Source: Trichoplax adhaerens (taxonomy: Eukaryota > Animalia > Placozoa). From it: a stretch of 64,000 bases of DNA. The position numbers were made by a program, and so were the translations under genes. The DNA is taken from positions 5,866,597 through 5,930,596 of the forward strand of contig NW_002060946.1 in NCBI RefSeq assembly GCF_000150275.1, written 5' to 3'. Shown here one piece after another: positions 1 to 10,926 of this stretch. The notes under the pieces are model-generated. The model saw nothing but the letters and a program-made list of their open reading frames with translations, made no database searches and was not told the DNA's origin. The first letter of the stretch is position 1. Each line of letters opens with the position of its first letter.

Positions 1-142
1 TATCTATAAATTTATTGATTAATTAATATCCATGGTTCTTCACTCCACGGGATTAAAAAAACTCGGAACATAATAATCATTACAGCAGTTGTACAGCCAA
101 TCCGAATATTTTTAGAATTTTTTCTGCTAAACTATTTTTTAG

Positions 143-2471
143 GCTCGCTCCTATTAACGCTTACTCAATCCACACTGATGCAGATCTATCCAAAGTCGCT
201 AAAAATCAGTTTGATTTTGTCGTATCTCAACTTGTTAAGCAAATAAATACCCCCGAACGGAATAATACCATTGTTAAAGCATGGTTGAATCATAAAGGTG
301 CCTAAATTTTTTTGTCTTGGCTGAGATTAGCCGAGATTTAAACGTATGTAGAGTTTACAATTGAACTTTAAACACTTACTGTTTGCCTTATGGTATCTCT
401 TGTACATTAGATAACTTCAAATCGACATTGGTATTTTCTGCTAATCGGCAGCATGCAAAAGATCTTACTGAGGTAGAAGGAATGATTTTAACTTGCTTCA
501 CTAATGAAATTTTATACGAGTTTAATGGATCATAGTGGATGTTAATGCTTAGTGCTTATCTTCGCTGCTATTTATATAACATACGTACGACTCTTATATG
601 TAGGCGTTTCGGTTATCGGGAAAAGAGGCTCATCTAGTGGACGGCCAGACACCTTCAGATGATAGAGCTGAATTAGTAAGCAATTTTAAGGAACAAAAAT
701 TTCCAGTCATGATAAACTGTGGTAAGAATCGTATCAGCTAAGAAAAGATAATTTAGAATCCGTAATGTATTTTTGATATTATTGCTATATTTATATTAAT
801 AAAGACATTCATTGTATATTTGATATTTCAGGAGTGTTTACAGAAGGAACTGATATACCTTGCATTGATTGCATAATTCTAGCACGTCCTACGCGAAGTT
901 CAACACTCTTTCAGCAGGTAGAATGATTTATGTGATGCAGATTTGTTGCTAAGAACCCGTTGAATACCTATTGAAACACTATCGTTGTTACAGATGGTTG
1001 GCCGTGGCCTTCGAACATTTCCTGACAAGGAATACTGCACAGTCTTTGACTGTTTTGATAACTTTTCGGGTTGCGATATAGTAACACTACCTTCTCTAGT
1101 AGGATTGCCGCCAAATTTTAACTGCGAAGGTTTGTCTATAATATCACTGAGGTACATGATTTTGCAACGTAATCATGTCGATCAGGTACCTCAATGTTGG
1201 GATCCCTTAAAGCTTGGTTATTTATTTTTGGAAATTTTTAATGAGCTCTGAGTTTTTCTGATAGGGCAAGATCTCGTAAAAGTTCACCATGAAATGCAGA
1301 GTCTGAGTGAAAATAATACTGATTGCTACCATGCCTCATCCTTAAGTGAAGCTCGCGAAATGTCCAAAGAAAGCGTAATGGGTGAGTGCGTTTAATCGGA
1401 AACATATGCATCCGTAAGTTGTATTGTGTGATGAAAGGTTCTCAGTATCTAATTCAATAATAACTTCAATTAGGTCATTCGATTGACTATCCGACTAACA
1501 GTGAAATTGACCCAGCCATGTGGAATCACACCAATTCTTCTGAACCTAAAATATCACCGATATTATTTGATAATAAAGAGATTAATAAAGTTCATTATAC
1601 GATGTGGCGGAAATTCTACATGCAAATTAGAAAAGATTCTGTTTGGGGTCTATCCCTCAACAAAAACAGCATTTATGTTCTAAAGAATGGGGCAGGTGAC
1701 ACTAATTCTTTAAAATAGTACTTCTAGTATACAACGATGTAATCTTAAAAAAATTAATTGCGAAATGTATTGCTTAGGAAACTTTGATGTTTTTGTACAT
1801 ATCGTGGACCGGAGCTCGTGTAAATTTTCCGTATTAGCAAATCATGAATCTAGTAGATCTGTGGAAAACTATTATCATGTCATGACAAGTGCCTCTGCGG
1901 TAATACTGTACAACATATATGATTCTGCGGAAGCATTTTAAACAATATTGTGAATTACTGAAATTTGGATTCCACATTCTTAGTCCACCGCATTAAAGTG
2001 TGGAATTGTCACAGGGGAGCGATTAGTCGGCAGGACTAGAATGATGCTATCAAGGTATTGTTTACTAATACGATCTGTATCTATGCACTATATATTATGT
2101 CTACATGTCCATATGCAAAGCTTTGGGATATTTGAAATAAAATCCAACTTCGTTCCATTTTTATAAATTTTAAGCCCCAACGCAAGCTGGAGATCGCAAC
2201 CCGCGACATACGCCCAGGTCAAACTAATCAAGCGGTTGTCTTTAGGGCTATGGAAAGGTATTGTATTTGGTATTAAAATTACTCTGAATTGTATTCAACG
2301 AAATTTAATTTCCAAGCATAAATTACTGTAGGGTCAGATCAACAGTTGACTAAAGGTAAAGCGGCAGCTATAATGAACGGATTTTTCCTGCGAAAATCTT
2401 TTAACAGATTGGAAACATTACTCCAGAGGTACTTTGACGAAATTTCTAACTATGCATATAACAATGGCTGA
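143..2471 (+). CDS. Irc3-like (YejH/RadD-related) DExH SF2 helicase, 3' portion; multi-exon, 5' end outside the window
   Basis: GT-AG exons at ~143-298, 411-472, 604-721, 832-916, 992-1128, 1265-1381, 1474-1694, 1778-1899, 1984-2054, 2175-2257 and 2332-2471. They join to give [19 protein letters not shown] (motif IV), [25 protein letters not shown] (motif V), [16 protein letters not shown] (motif VI), [12 protein letters not shown], and a C-terminal [10 protein letters not shown]...[10 protein letters not shown] element typical of Irc3-type helicases. Stop TGA at 2469-2471. Confidence 0.85.
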
Positions 2472-3441
2472 ATATAAAAAGCACTGCTAAATTAAATTCT
2501 GATAGAACATTACGTTACTATTGTAAACAGGAAAAAGAATTCCACTGCAAATTTGCAATGTGGTATTGCTTCCATTGCCGTCAAACCGGGACTCATTGAC
2601 TAGAGAGTGCCAGTTTATTGTAATAAGTTTAAAGCTTCTTTTCTGTATAATCGATAGAGAAAATGTCACTTTAATATATGCAGGTTGTGCTTCAAAAAGC
2701 ACAATTCATATTTATTAATTTAGACAGCAGGTATAATATATACGTTCACAAAATTTAAAATCGAAAAATTTAATTGTTCCGGAATTTTTGCTATATCAGA
2801 TAATCTGATAAGGTAGAAACTTAAAGCATACGTGAGATCATTAATTGCCTATCACATGATTGAATTAAGAGTATAAAAATGTGATATGACACAAGTAGCA
2901 AGAACTACTTCACCGACTAATTGAAATGCTAGGATTTTCTAGAACTAAACAGCTCGATTTCTAAATCTTTCATCATAAAGTGCATATGATATGACATGTT
3001 TAAATACAAATACATATCAATTGATTTTAGTTAAGCTACAATACCTTTAGAACAACTGCTGTATTTTCAATATGTGATTGCTCTGTTACACTGACAATGT
3101 TAACTTTATCTCATAGACGTATAATTCCTTTGTAGCGAAGTGATATCAATTTTCATACTAATTATGATAAATTTGTCAACTTTATTTTGATTTTAAAATC
3201 CGCAGAATAATAATTTTTGCAGTCTTCACTATTGCCAAACCATATGTGGTATATCTTAACTGGACAATGTCGATATTTTGTCGTTAATATGTTAATAAAA
3301 TTTGAGACAAGGCTAAATGCGTATAAACCGAAGAGCTTAGTTGCCATTCCATAAGGGACTAGTTGCCCTTCAAGATAAATGGAACATAATTTTAACCAAC
3401 AAAGTCTACATAGTTCAAAGTTGATATATATACAAGTATTC

Positions 3442-3726
3442 GGTATAATCAAATCTTTTACGTGCTTGGCAATATTGGGATTCTAATCAGACACGTACGA
3501 TAGTAGGGGTTTTAACCATGTGGTAAGGTCATAGTGACTGAACGACTAGATAAAGTGGGAAATAATTTCAAATTGTATACATAAGGTAGCCAAGGCCTGC
3601 ATAGCTTAAAATGATACCACGGCATAATCAAATCTTCATGTACTTTACATTATCGGGTTTAGAGTCACAGACACATACGATACTAAGGATTTTAACAATG
3701 TTGTAGTAAGATCTTCGTGAGTGAAC
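3442..3726. repeat. Degenerate ~100-bp direct repeat (two copies, ~3442-3543 and ~3621-3726)
   Basis: ggtataatcaaatctt...cagacacgtacgatagtaggggttttaaccatgtggtaag...gtgactgaac aligns with ggcataatcaaatctt...cagacacatacgatactaaggattttaacaatgttgtagtaag...gtgagtgaac. Confidence 0.8.
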
Positions 3727-4465
3727 CAATAAACACCGATTACAATGATTATTAATTATCTGTTAATTCATACAACATTATAAATATCGCATAAAACTTT
3801 CTGAATGTTCCTAATGAGAATTTTCTCACCTTCTTTGGCTTATACATATCACACAGCTTAAAGGCGACAATAAAGTAGAGTCAAATTTTCAGTGAACTTA
3901 GAATTATTGGTATAACTATCATGCACACGTAGGATAACAAATAGTTTATCATGTTTACGTGATATAAAATTATTAGCGTGTATCGAGGTCTCCTCTATCT
4001 ATCAAATTAATATTATTACGGCGTATAAATATAAATTGATAGTACTGTGCATCTGATATACACGACTGTATTAGGGCTGATATCATCAGCTCTGCAGTAG
4101 TATTTGATCAAGAGAGTCTCAGAGTCGACATTGGTAGCTAAGCTAACACCCGCCCTCCCACTAAGCAAACATATATTGGCTACTATTTGGAAAAAGCAAA
4201 TAAATTCTATTATCAATCCATTATGGTTACACAGTAGTTATGATATAAACTGTGACACTAGGTATATCATGAGCTCTTTTCAATTTATTTTCGGATTAGG
4301 AGATGTTACTAATTATGCTATTGCAGATTAACTTAACAGCTAAGATTTGGTCGTGATAAAGTTTCTTCAAATTTATCAATCCGATTGACTGAGTTTATTA
4401 TAAGTACATCAAGTAGACTGTATTGACGTTACCGCTTAGAAAACCATTTCATAACATTGGAGGAC

Positions 4466-6811
4466 ATGACAAGTAAATCGCATTTCATTAAAAACCTAAT
4501 AGAAAATCTTTCTGACATTAATCAACAACAAAAAGCAAAGGAATTCATGTATTCTTATTGGTCTCATATTTATTCGAGGTGTAGGCTAGAAGGATTTAGA
4601 TATATAGGTTCTAGTAAGTTTACGCCTGATAAATTGTTAAACCATTTATGCAGAGCTTTACTGTTTGATTCAGGCTGTATTTCAATCGCTTTCTGTTTTA
4701 AAGATATAACTGAAGAAAACGAAATAAAAAGGCAGCATCAATTATGGATTGCTAAACGGGCTCCGTCTAAAGAATTTATTGAAAGTTCTATTGAAGTACT
4801 CTGCAAGAATGAATCCATTCAAATTTTATTAGAATTTTCAACTTATTTAAAAGAGAAAATTCGTCGCGATTATCATGTTAATATCAATAAGAGGGAGTTT
4901 AAAAATTTAAAATCGTTAATTGCTTTCAAATATAGAACTGCATCGAGTAGTTTTGATGTACTGATGAAGGATTGTGATGACGATGTATTGGAAGAGTTGA
5001 TATTGTTCATGTCCTATTCTTTCGAAATACGGCTTATCACAAAGGAAGAGGCTACCATTGAACAATATCTACAATTTTTACTACTAGATAGGTTTATAGT
5101 TAATCTACCTGGTGAAAAAGTCTCCATTCTACGATTTGGTAGCCTTGACGAACTGAGAAAGACGTATATTAAAATGATGGCTGACCTTATCCAGAAATAT
5201 AAAACGTATCAGCAAGAATTTACGGAGCAATATAAAAACAATTTTGCCTCTGTTGAAAATTTACGTTCAGAAATTCATCATTGGTTTGCGCTAGTCAAGA
5301 AGGATCTTAATATAGATCAGTGGTCAATCTTAGCTGATCCAAATTGTTTAATATTAAAATATTGTGACGAACTGGTACGAGCTGACATTGTCTCAAAATC
5401 AGCTAAGCTACTCATAAAAATATTACTTGTTCAGATGTACATCTTGAAACTAAATCTAGAGCAAAGCGTAAGGAATACCTATTTGACATGTTTGTTTGCT
5501 ATCGATCAGTATCTAAAGCGATTTTCTATTAACAAAATAAAACAATTCGAAATAAAGCTGACATTATTTCTTTTTATAAGAACTCAAACCTTAACACTAT
5601 ACAGAACTGGTGTCAAAACGATTCTAGATTTAGTTATGGCAAGTAAATTACTTCCATTTACAGGAGATCCAAAACCATCTATCGAAACAAAACCAAGTCC
5701 GGAGATTCTGAAAGAATATTTTGAATATAATGATGGACAAAATTTGTTGAAAACGATACAACAAAGTTTAATTACAAACTCTATTGATAGTTACTTGTTC
5801 CTAAGACTTATACGACGTGAACTCGCTTCGATAGCACAGCAATTAGAGCGCTATTGCAGCGACATTTTTATTGCTCTCAATCAGGAGGGATTTCACGCTG
5901 AAATATGTATCCCTGAAATGTGTAGTAAAGAAGATTATGCAGTTAAAGCCATAGGATGCTCCCATTTATCATGTCCCCAATGTTTTGTTGGTTTAGTTGC
6001 ATTAATGAAGAAGCATCATGAAATTCATGCTCCAGGAGTCCATAGTTGTCTATATGCATGGAATGTAATCCCTAGGCTTATGAAAGAAAAATATAGAAAA
6101 GATGTTCTTGGTTCTACATGTTATGAACTTTACAAACAGTTTCGTGATAAAGATATCACGTTTAATACAGAAAGATTATCAGCTACTGCACGTAAAAAAA
6201 TAAAAAAATTTAAAAAAATGCGGGATATATTTTACGGTATAATCCAAAACATGGCAAGCGTGGCCGCATATATCGCTGAAAGTTCTAATCAGATCATAAG
6301 CCTATCTTTATTGTCAACGAAAATTTTGTTTGGTCCCAACGAAAAACAACTAAAAGACATTCAGTCGAATTCGATTTACATTCAAATTGGCAAGAAAAAA
6401 TTAGACATAGACCAAGATGCAAGTTACCCTCTCTCTCCTGAAATTTATCAACCCATTGATTTGGATAACTATTATGACATAGCTATTCTACCATCGCCTA
6501 GTTATAGCCCTGAATCACCTAAGCCTATATCTGTATCACTAGATCAAAATACACATGATGAATCTGCTGCTGATCATCAACAAGCTTCAGTAAATGGCTA
6601 CCAAGGACCAATTCATGAGACAAAGTTATACACTCCATTTTTATCTAAAGAAAATAGAACTACCATGTATACGGATTATGACAAATTTATTTTGTCATTA
6701 ATGAATACAATACTTAAAGCAATTGTTCATTCTAAATTGATCAATGATACAAATGATATCTTTAATTATGAACAATTTTTAGAGTTATTTAGCAATTTAA
6801 CTCTTTCGTAA
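4466..6811 (+). CDS. Intronless 781-aa protein with an OTT_1508-like Zn-dependent nucleic-acid deaminase domain and a long helical N-terminal region
   Basis: Single long ORF with first ATG at 4466 (the track start at 4457 is TTG). It contains FHAEIC (HAE at 5894-5902), AIGCSHLSCPQCF (CxxC at 5972-5983) and GVHSCLYAWNVIP (6035-6073). These match the order and spacing of the OTT_1508-type deaminase consensus. Confidence 0.75.
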   Translation: MTSKSHFIKNLIENLSDINQQQKAKEFMYSYWSHIYSRCRLEGFRYIGSSKFTPDKLLNHLCRALLFDSGCISIAFCFKDITEENEIKRQHQLWIAKRAPSKEFIESSIEVLCKNESIQILLEFSTYLKEKIRRDYHVNINKREFKNLKSLIAFKYRTASSSFDVLMKDCDDDVLEELILFMSYSFEIRLITKEEATIEQYLQFLLLDRFIVNLPGEKVSILRFGSLDELRKTYIKMMADLIQKYKTYQQEFTEQYKNNFASVENLRSEIHHWFALVKKDLNIDQWSILADPNCLILKYCDELVRADIVSKSAKLLIKILLVQMYILKLNLEQSVRNTYLTCLFAIDQYLKRFSINKIKQFEIKLTLFLFIRTQTLTLYRTGVKTILDLVMASKLLPFTGDPKPSIETKPSPEILKEYFEYNDGQNLLKTIQQSLITNSIDSYLFLRLIRRELASIAQQLERYCSDIFIALNQEGFHAEICIPEMCSKEDYAVKAIGCSHLSCPQCFVGLVALMKKHHEIHAPGVHSCLYAWNVIPRLMKEKYRKDVLGSTCYELYKQFRDKDITFNTERLSATARKKIKKFKKMRDIFYGIIQNMASVAAYIAESSNQIISLSLLSTKILFGPNEKQLKDIQSNSIYIQIGKKKLDIDQDASYPLSPEIYQPIDLDNYYDIAILPSPSYSPESPKPISVSLDQNTHDESAADHQQASVNGYQGPIHETKLYTPFLSKENRTTMYTDYDKFILSLMNTILKAIVHSKLINDTNDIFNYEQFLELFSNLTLS

Positions 6812-8703
6812 GGTGCATAAGTATTTGTTGCGCAACAATTAGTGATTAATTAACTGGCGAATATTAAATACTTGGTTATTAACGAAATTTAGACGATAGA
6901 TGATTTCCAATATTGTATATCAAATTATGCCATGTTTTATACGCGTAGAAGAATTAGTAATATTATATTAGCATCTGATTTTGACCTATTCATAAATTTT
7001 TATTGATACAATATTGAGAATCTACTCATAGCCGAAAATGAAACCATCTTAGGAACTGGTACAAGGAAAATAGACGATCTATGCATTCTAAAATAGCCTA
7101 ATAATAATTATAATGTATCTAATAATTTAAATTATAATACCTTGCTGTTAATTTTCTTTATAATTAAGCTGTGATAGTTCGATAGGAGCAATTCAACGAG
7201 TTAACTTGTTCGTGAAGCGTAAAATTGCTGTGAAAGTTATAGTAGAACTTTTATCAAGCAAACATCGTTATCTAAGGAATTGCATAGGAAAAATAGGCGA
7301 TCATCGTTACCTAATGTAGTCATATACACATGTCGGAAAAATATGAATGTTGCAGCAGGAACTATTTCATCCTTCATAAAATGCGTAGCACCTGTAGAGC
7401 CTATTACTCTCTTGTTAAGATTATGTACTAAAATGTACGATATAATCCATGCCGTAATGCCGTTAATTAATCCGAGTACGAACTGGTCAAAGTTGTACGG
7501 TACATGCACGATATGAATATGTACTGTGATAAATTACGTAGACGCATTGCTTAAGTCGTTACCGTTATGCCTATCTTAGTTATGACAGTATTCAGGATCG
7601 TCAGTCAGTGACACTTAATGACAGTAAATGTTTGCCTACAGCAGATAAAATACCGGTTTTCCTGTAATATAATTTATAAGTTCATAGTGATCCTGATCTT
7701 TAGCTGCTTTGGAGATCTTAATACATGTTAAGTAATATTATCTTATTGTATGATTCCTTGCAGATCTGAATGCAAGCATTCTTATCGGTTACTGTACGGC
7801 TACGCATCAGATAAACATAAGTATACGTGTATAAGAGTTGAAAGAATCAATAAGAGAGATATTTACGTGGAAGTATAGTTGCCAGTGTCGCTCCACTTAT
7901 CTGAGAGTTAAAAGTATTTGCACGCTACGATCTTAACAGTAATATAAAGTAACATCCTTAGCACACAAAATAGATGACCAGTTAGTGATAATATGACAAC
8001 ATAAAGCACAGCGTGTTTACTAAGTTTCTATGCGTTTTGACGGTAATATATATATATATACATATTATTGCTAGAAGCTACGTGTTGATGTAAAGTGCTG
8101 TATTGTACGTTACTTTAAGTCATATTTTTGGTCATTTTTATGTATATAAAAACTTTCTTAACACACTGTATTTTATGATTATTTATCGGTATATAAGAAT
8201 GTTTAATTTACTCAGAATCTACTACGATATGTAATTGCTCAAAGAACTGATAATGATACTTACAGGATTAGCTTTATACTCAAAATGTTAATTTTTTCTA
8301 TTAACGAAACTACCTGATCTAGTAAGCTGGGTACTGTAGCTACTCATTTGGCTGCTGTTATAATTTAAGATAGGATTCTTTCATTTTATTTATTTATCAT
8401 TTCGGAAGTGGAATATTTTCCATATGAAGAATATACTTATTACAATGCATTAAAAGCTGTGATCAAGGTCACAGCAGTTCTCCTTTTAACCTCACGGACA
8501 ATACAGAGATTTTAACCTTATCAACATACCATAGTGATAAAACATAAACATTTTTAGGACAAAATACAGCGTTTTAAGATTTGTTCTTCCTATTAACAAA
8601 ATACGGATTTCGTGAAAATTTGCAACATATTTATCCACTTGTACTAGATAAGGACATTAAATTCGGTAAGATATCAGTTTGCATATGGTGATGTGGTTTC
8701 ATA

Positions 8704-10190
8704 CTAATACACAGGCATGGGTGCTTGGGTCAATAGTAAGCCAAACCGGCGCTTTAATAGAACACGTTGACGAGAATACTTGTCATCCGGTGAGAAGCGA
8801 GCTGCATTAACGATTATAATAATTAATAACATTTAGAATTTAGCAGCTGGAGATTTTATTATTATTATAATTTTGGTAGGCATGAATGCGTGTATACTCG
8901 TAGAGGAGCATTACTGTAACAACAATCGGAGCACTATATGCTGTAGATGTAGTGTATACTGAATATTATATATTTACAGTACATCTAAATAGAGAATTGA
9001 ACTGAAAGAGAGAGAGAATGAAACGTTCCCTTCCCCTAAATTAAGTATTATATTTTAAATACTAGTGCTGGCATATAAATCGGTAACTAAAACCAGATAT
9101 TACCTGGATGAGCAGAAATAGTTGGTTTGCCGTTCGGGTCGACTTTCTAAAAGGAATAAAAAGCAAAATATTGACTTAGTTCGTTGTTATGCTGCATCTA
9201 CAATAGTAGGATTGCTGTTAGGGTGCATAGCTTAGTGCTCTTGAAGATAATTTCATTTAGACATGAACTACTGTAAATACTCTCATGTACAGTGTATATC
9301 GATACAGTCCAAGTGCGAAATCCTTGAAAGTACCCTATTAACTGTATACGACTTTTTTAAGCTTACAAATTCGACATCTTATGATGATATGTGCTGGATT
9401 AACTTATCATGACGTCAGCTAACGTCATTTCTATGTCATTGGATTTCGATAGGATCGCAAAGCTATTCAAACGGTACAGTAGTATTGCCATTGATGAAAG
9501 AACTGCTTTCATGTTGGAGTAATACTATACTGCTCACCAGATGCATCCTATCATTGGGCAATAACGAATGTAGCTACCGATAGCTACACAAAAGCACAAG
9601 ATTGCAAATTTCAGTTAGAGCTATGGCTATCTGCTTGTATGGAGTATCATCAATGTACCGCAGCTATCATTTCTTACGCTATAGCACTTCTTAAGCTGTA
9701 CTAACTAATTGTATATCAGTTGTTATCATTCCGACGGAACGAATACGGTATCGGCTCTTTTATGAATATGTGAGTAGTAAACTATGTTTTCATAGAACTC
9801 CTATGGTATAATAGCAAGAGTATTGCAGTCAACACTCGCATTAAGAATTCAATGCAGCGTCATCAGGAAGCAAAGTAAGAAGTAGAGAAGAAGTTATCTG
9901 CTGATGTTTCTTCTCTGCTATCTGAGTACAATGTCAAGCGTCATTATGCTTGAGCAAGAATGCATCAACATCGGTAGCATTGCGCAATATATTTGTATCC
10001 TAGTTATGGCAATAGCACCATCTTAAGATGAGCATACAACAGCCACAAAGTGATGATAAAATAGTGTTGTCCATCAAATCGTTTCTTGCTTGCAATGATT
10101 GAACAAACTAAGGTGATCTATGAACATCGTCCTTACCTTCATCGTGTAAACTCGTTTGCCATCTTGATCTTGATAGTACATCAGATGCAT
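8704..10190 (-). CDS. NOP10: H/ACA ribonucleoprotein subunit NOP10, 64 aa, 3 exons
   Basis: Exons 10190-10137, 9146-9104 and 8801-8704, all GT-AG, total 195 nt. Translation: [64 protein letters not shown], which contains the diagnostic [17 protein letters not shown] motif. Confidence 0.97.
9929..10048 (-). ncRNA. Candidate intronic box H/ACA snoRNA in NOP10 intron 1
   Basis: On the minus (sense) strand: hairpin ttgtggc...catc-ttaa-gatg...gccataa with a G-U pair, then ATACAA (ANANNA), a second hairpin ttgcgc-aatgc...gcatt-gctcaa, then ACA + 3 nt; about 120 nt in all. Folded by eye only. Confidence 0.25.
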
Positions 10191-10434
10191 GTTAGATATT
10201 CAAGGGTAGATCGCTTGCTGCTCTAATGAACTACAGCGATTCGATTGGAATAAAGTGAATACTGAAGCTGCAATTTCGTCCAACAAGGCTGTTGAAAAGC
10301 TGACGATACTGTTTCGGTTGTCTAGGTTTCGAGCAGAGTGACTTGAGTCAGGCGTCAGCTACTACCAGGTGGTCGGTATCAATTTTTCTTTGACTTTTAT
10401 TACAATACATGCCCTACCATGTGATGTCAATCAT

Positions 10435-10532
10435 ACTGTAGTACTGTACTATACTGTACTGTACTGTACTGTACAGTATTACTGTTATTCTTGTGATGTA
10501 CAGTACTGTACACTTGTACAGTATAGTACAGT
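10435..10532. repeat. (TACTG)n/(CAGTA)n pentamer array, partly palindromic
   Basis: tactgtagtactgtactatactgtactgtactgtactgtacagtattactgt...tacagtactgtacacttgtacagtatagtacagta. Confidence 0.9.
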
Positions 10533-10749
10533 AGATAGAGCATGCTCAGACTCCGCCAATTTTCCATGCAAGCGGACCCAACTGGTCCTTGAATTTGGAA
10601 CGCTTTTAAATCACTAACTACGCTAACACTAAGCAGAATTTTTTTAAATCTGTCTTCAGTTTCATCTATTATACAATCTAAGCTTTCGAATGGTATAAGT
10701 TTGATTGGTTTTTTATTTTAATTAACCGCAAAAAGTGTTCTTTTTTGCG

Positions 10750-10926
10750 CAGTACAGTACTTGGACACGCTGTAGAGGGTCTCTAGCGTACAGTACAATG
10801 ATTACAGTCATAAGTACAGTAAGTACTGTATCATCGAATTAAGACTCTATGGTAAGTACAGTACTGTACTGTACTGTACTGTACTGTACTGTCTAGAGTA
10901 CTGTACACTGTACACTGTACAGTACT
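10750..10926. repeat. Second (CAGTA)n/(TACTG)n pentamer array
   Basis: cagtacagtac...tacagtac...gtacagtactgtactgtactgtactgtactgtactgt...gtactgtacactgtacactgtacagtact. Confidence 0.9.

Noticed and set aside
900-1157. 85-aa minus-strand ORF
   Set aside because: Antisense shadow of helicase exons.
7237-7516. Overlapping 90-aa (-) and 78-aa (+) ORFs
   Set aside because: Non-ATG starts and no recognisable motif. There is no support for an immunity-like partner of the deaminase, although a homology search would be cheap.
9611-9866. Box C/D-like words (TGATGA, CTGA) on the minus strand; U3 or telomerase RNA near NOP10
   Set aside because: Spacing is atypical, there is no U3 box A sequence, and no telomeric template was found in a plausible context.
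10369-10617. 82-aa ORF rich in VLY/CTV
   Set aside because: Translation of the TACTG microsatellite.
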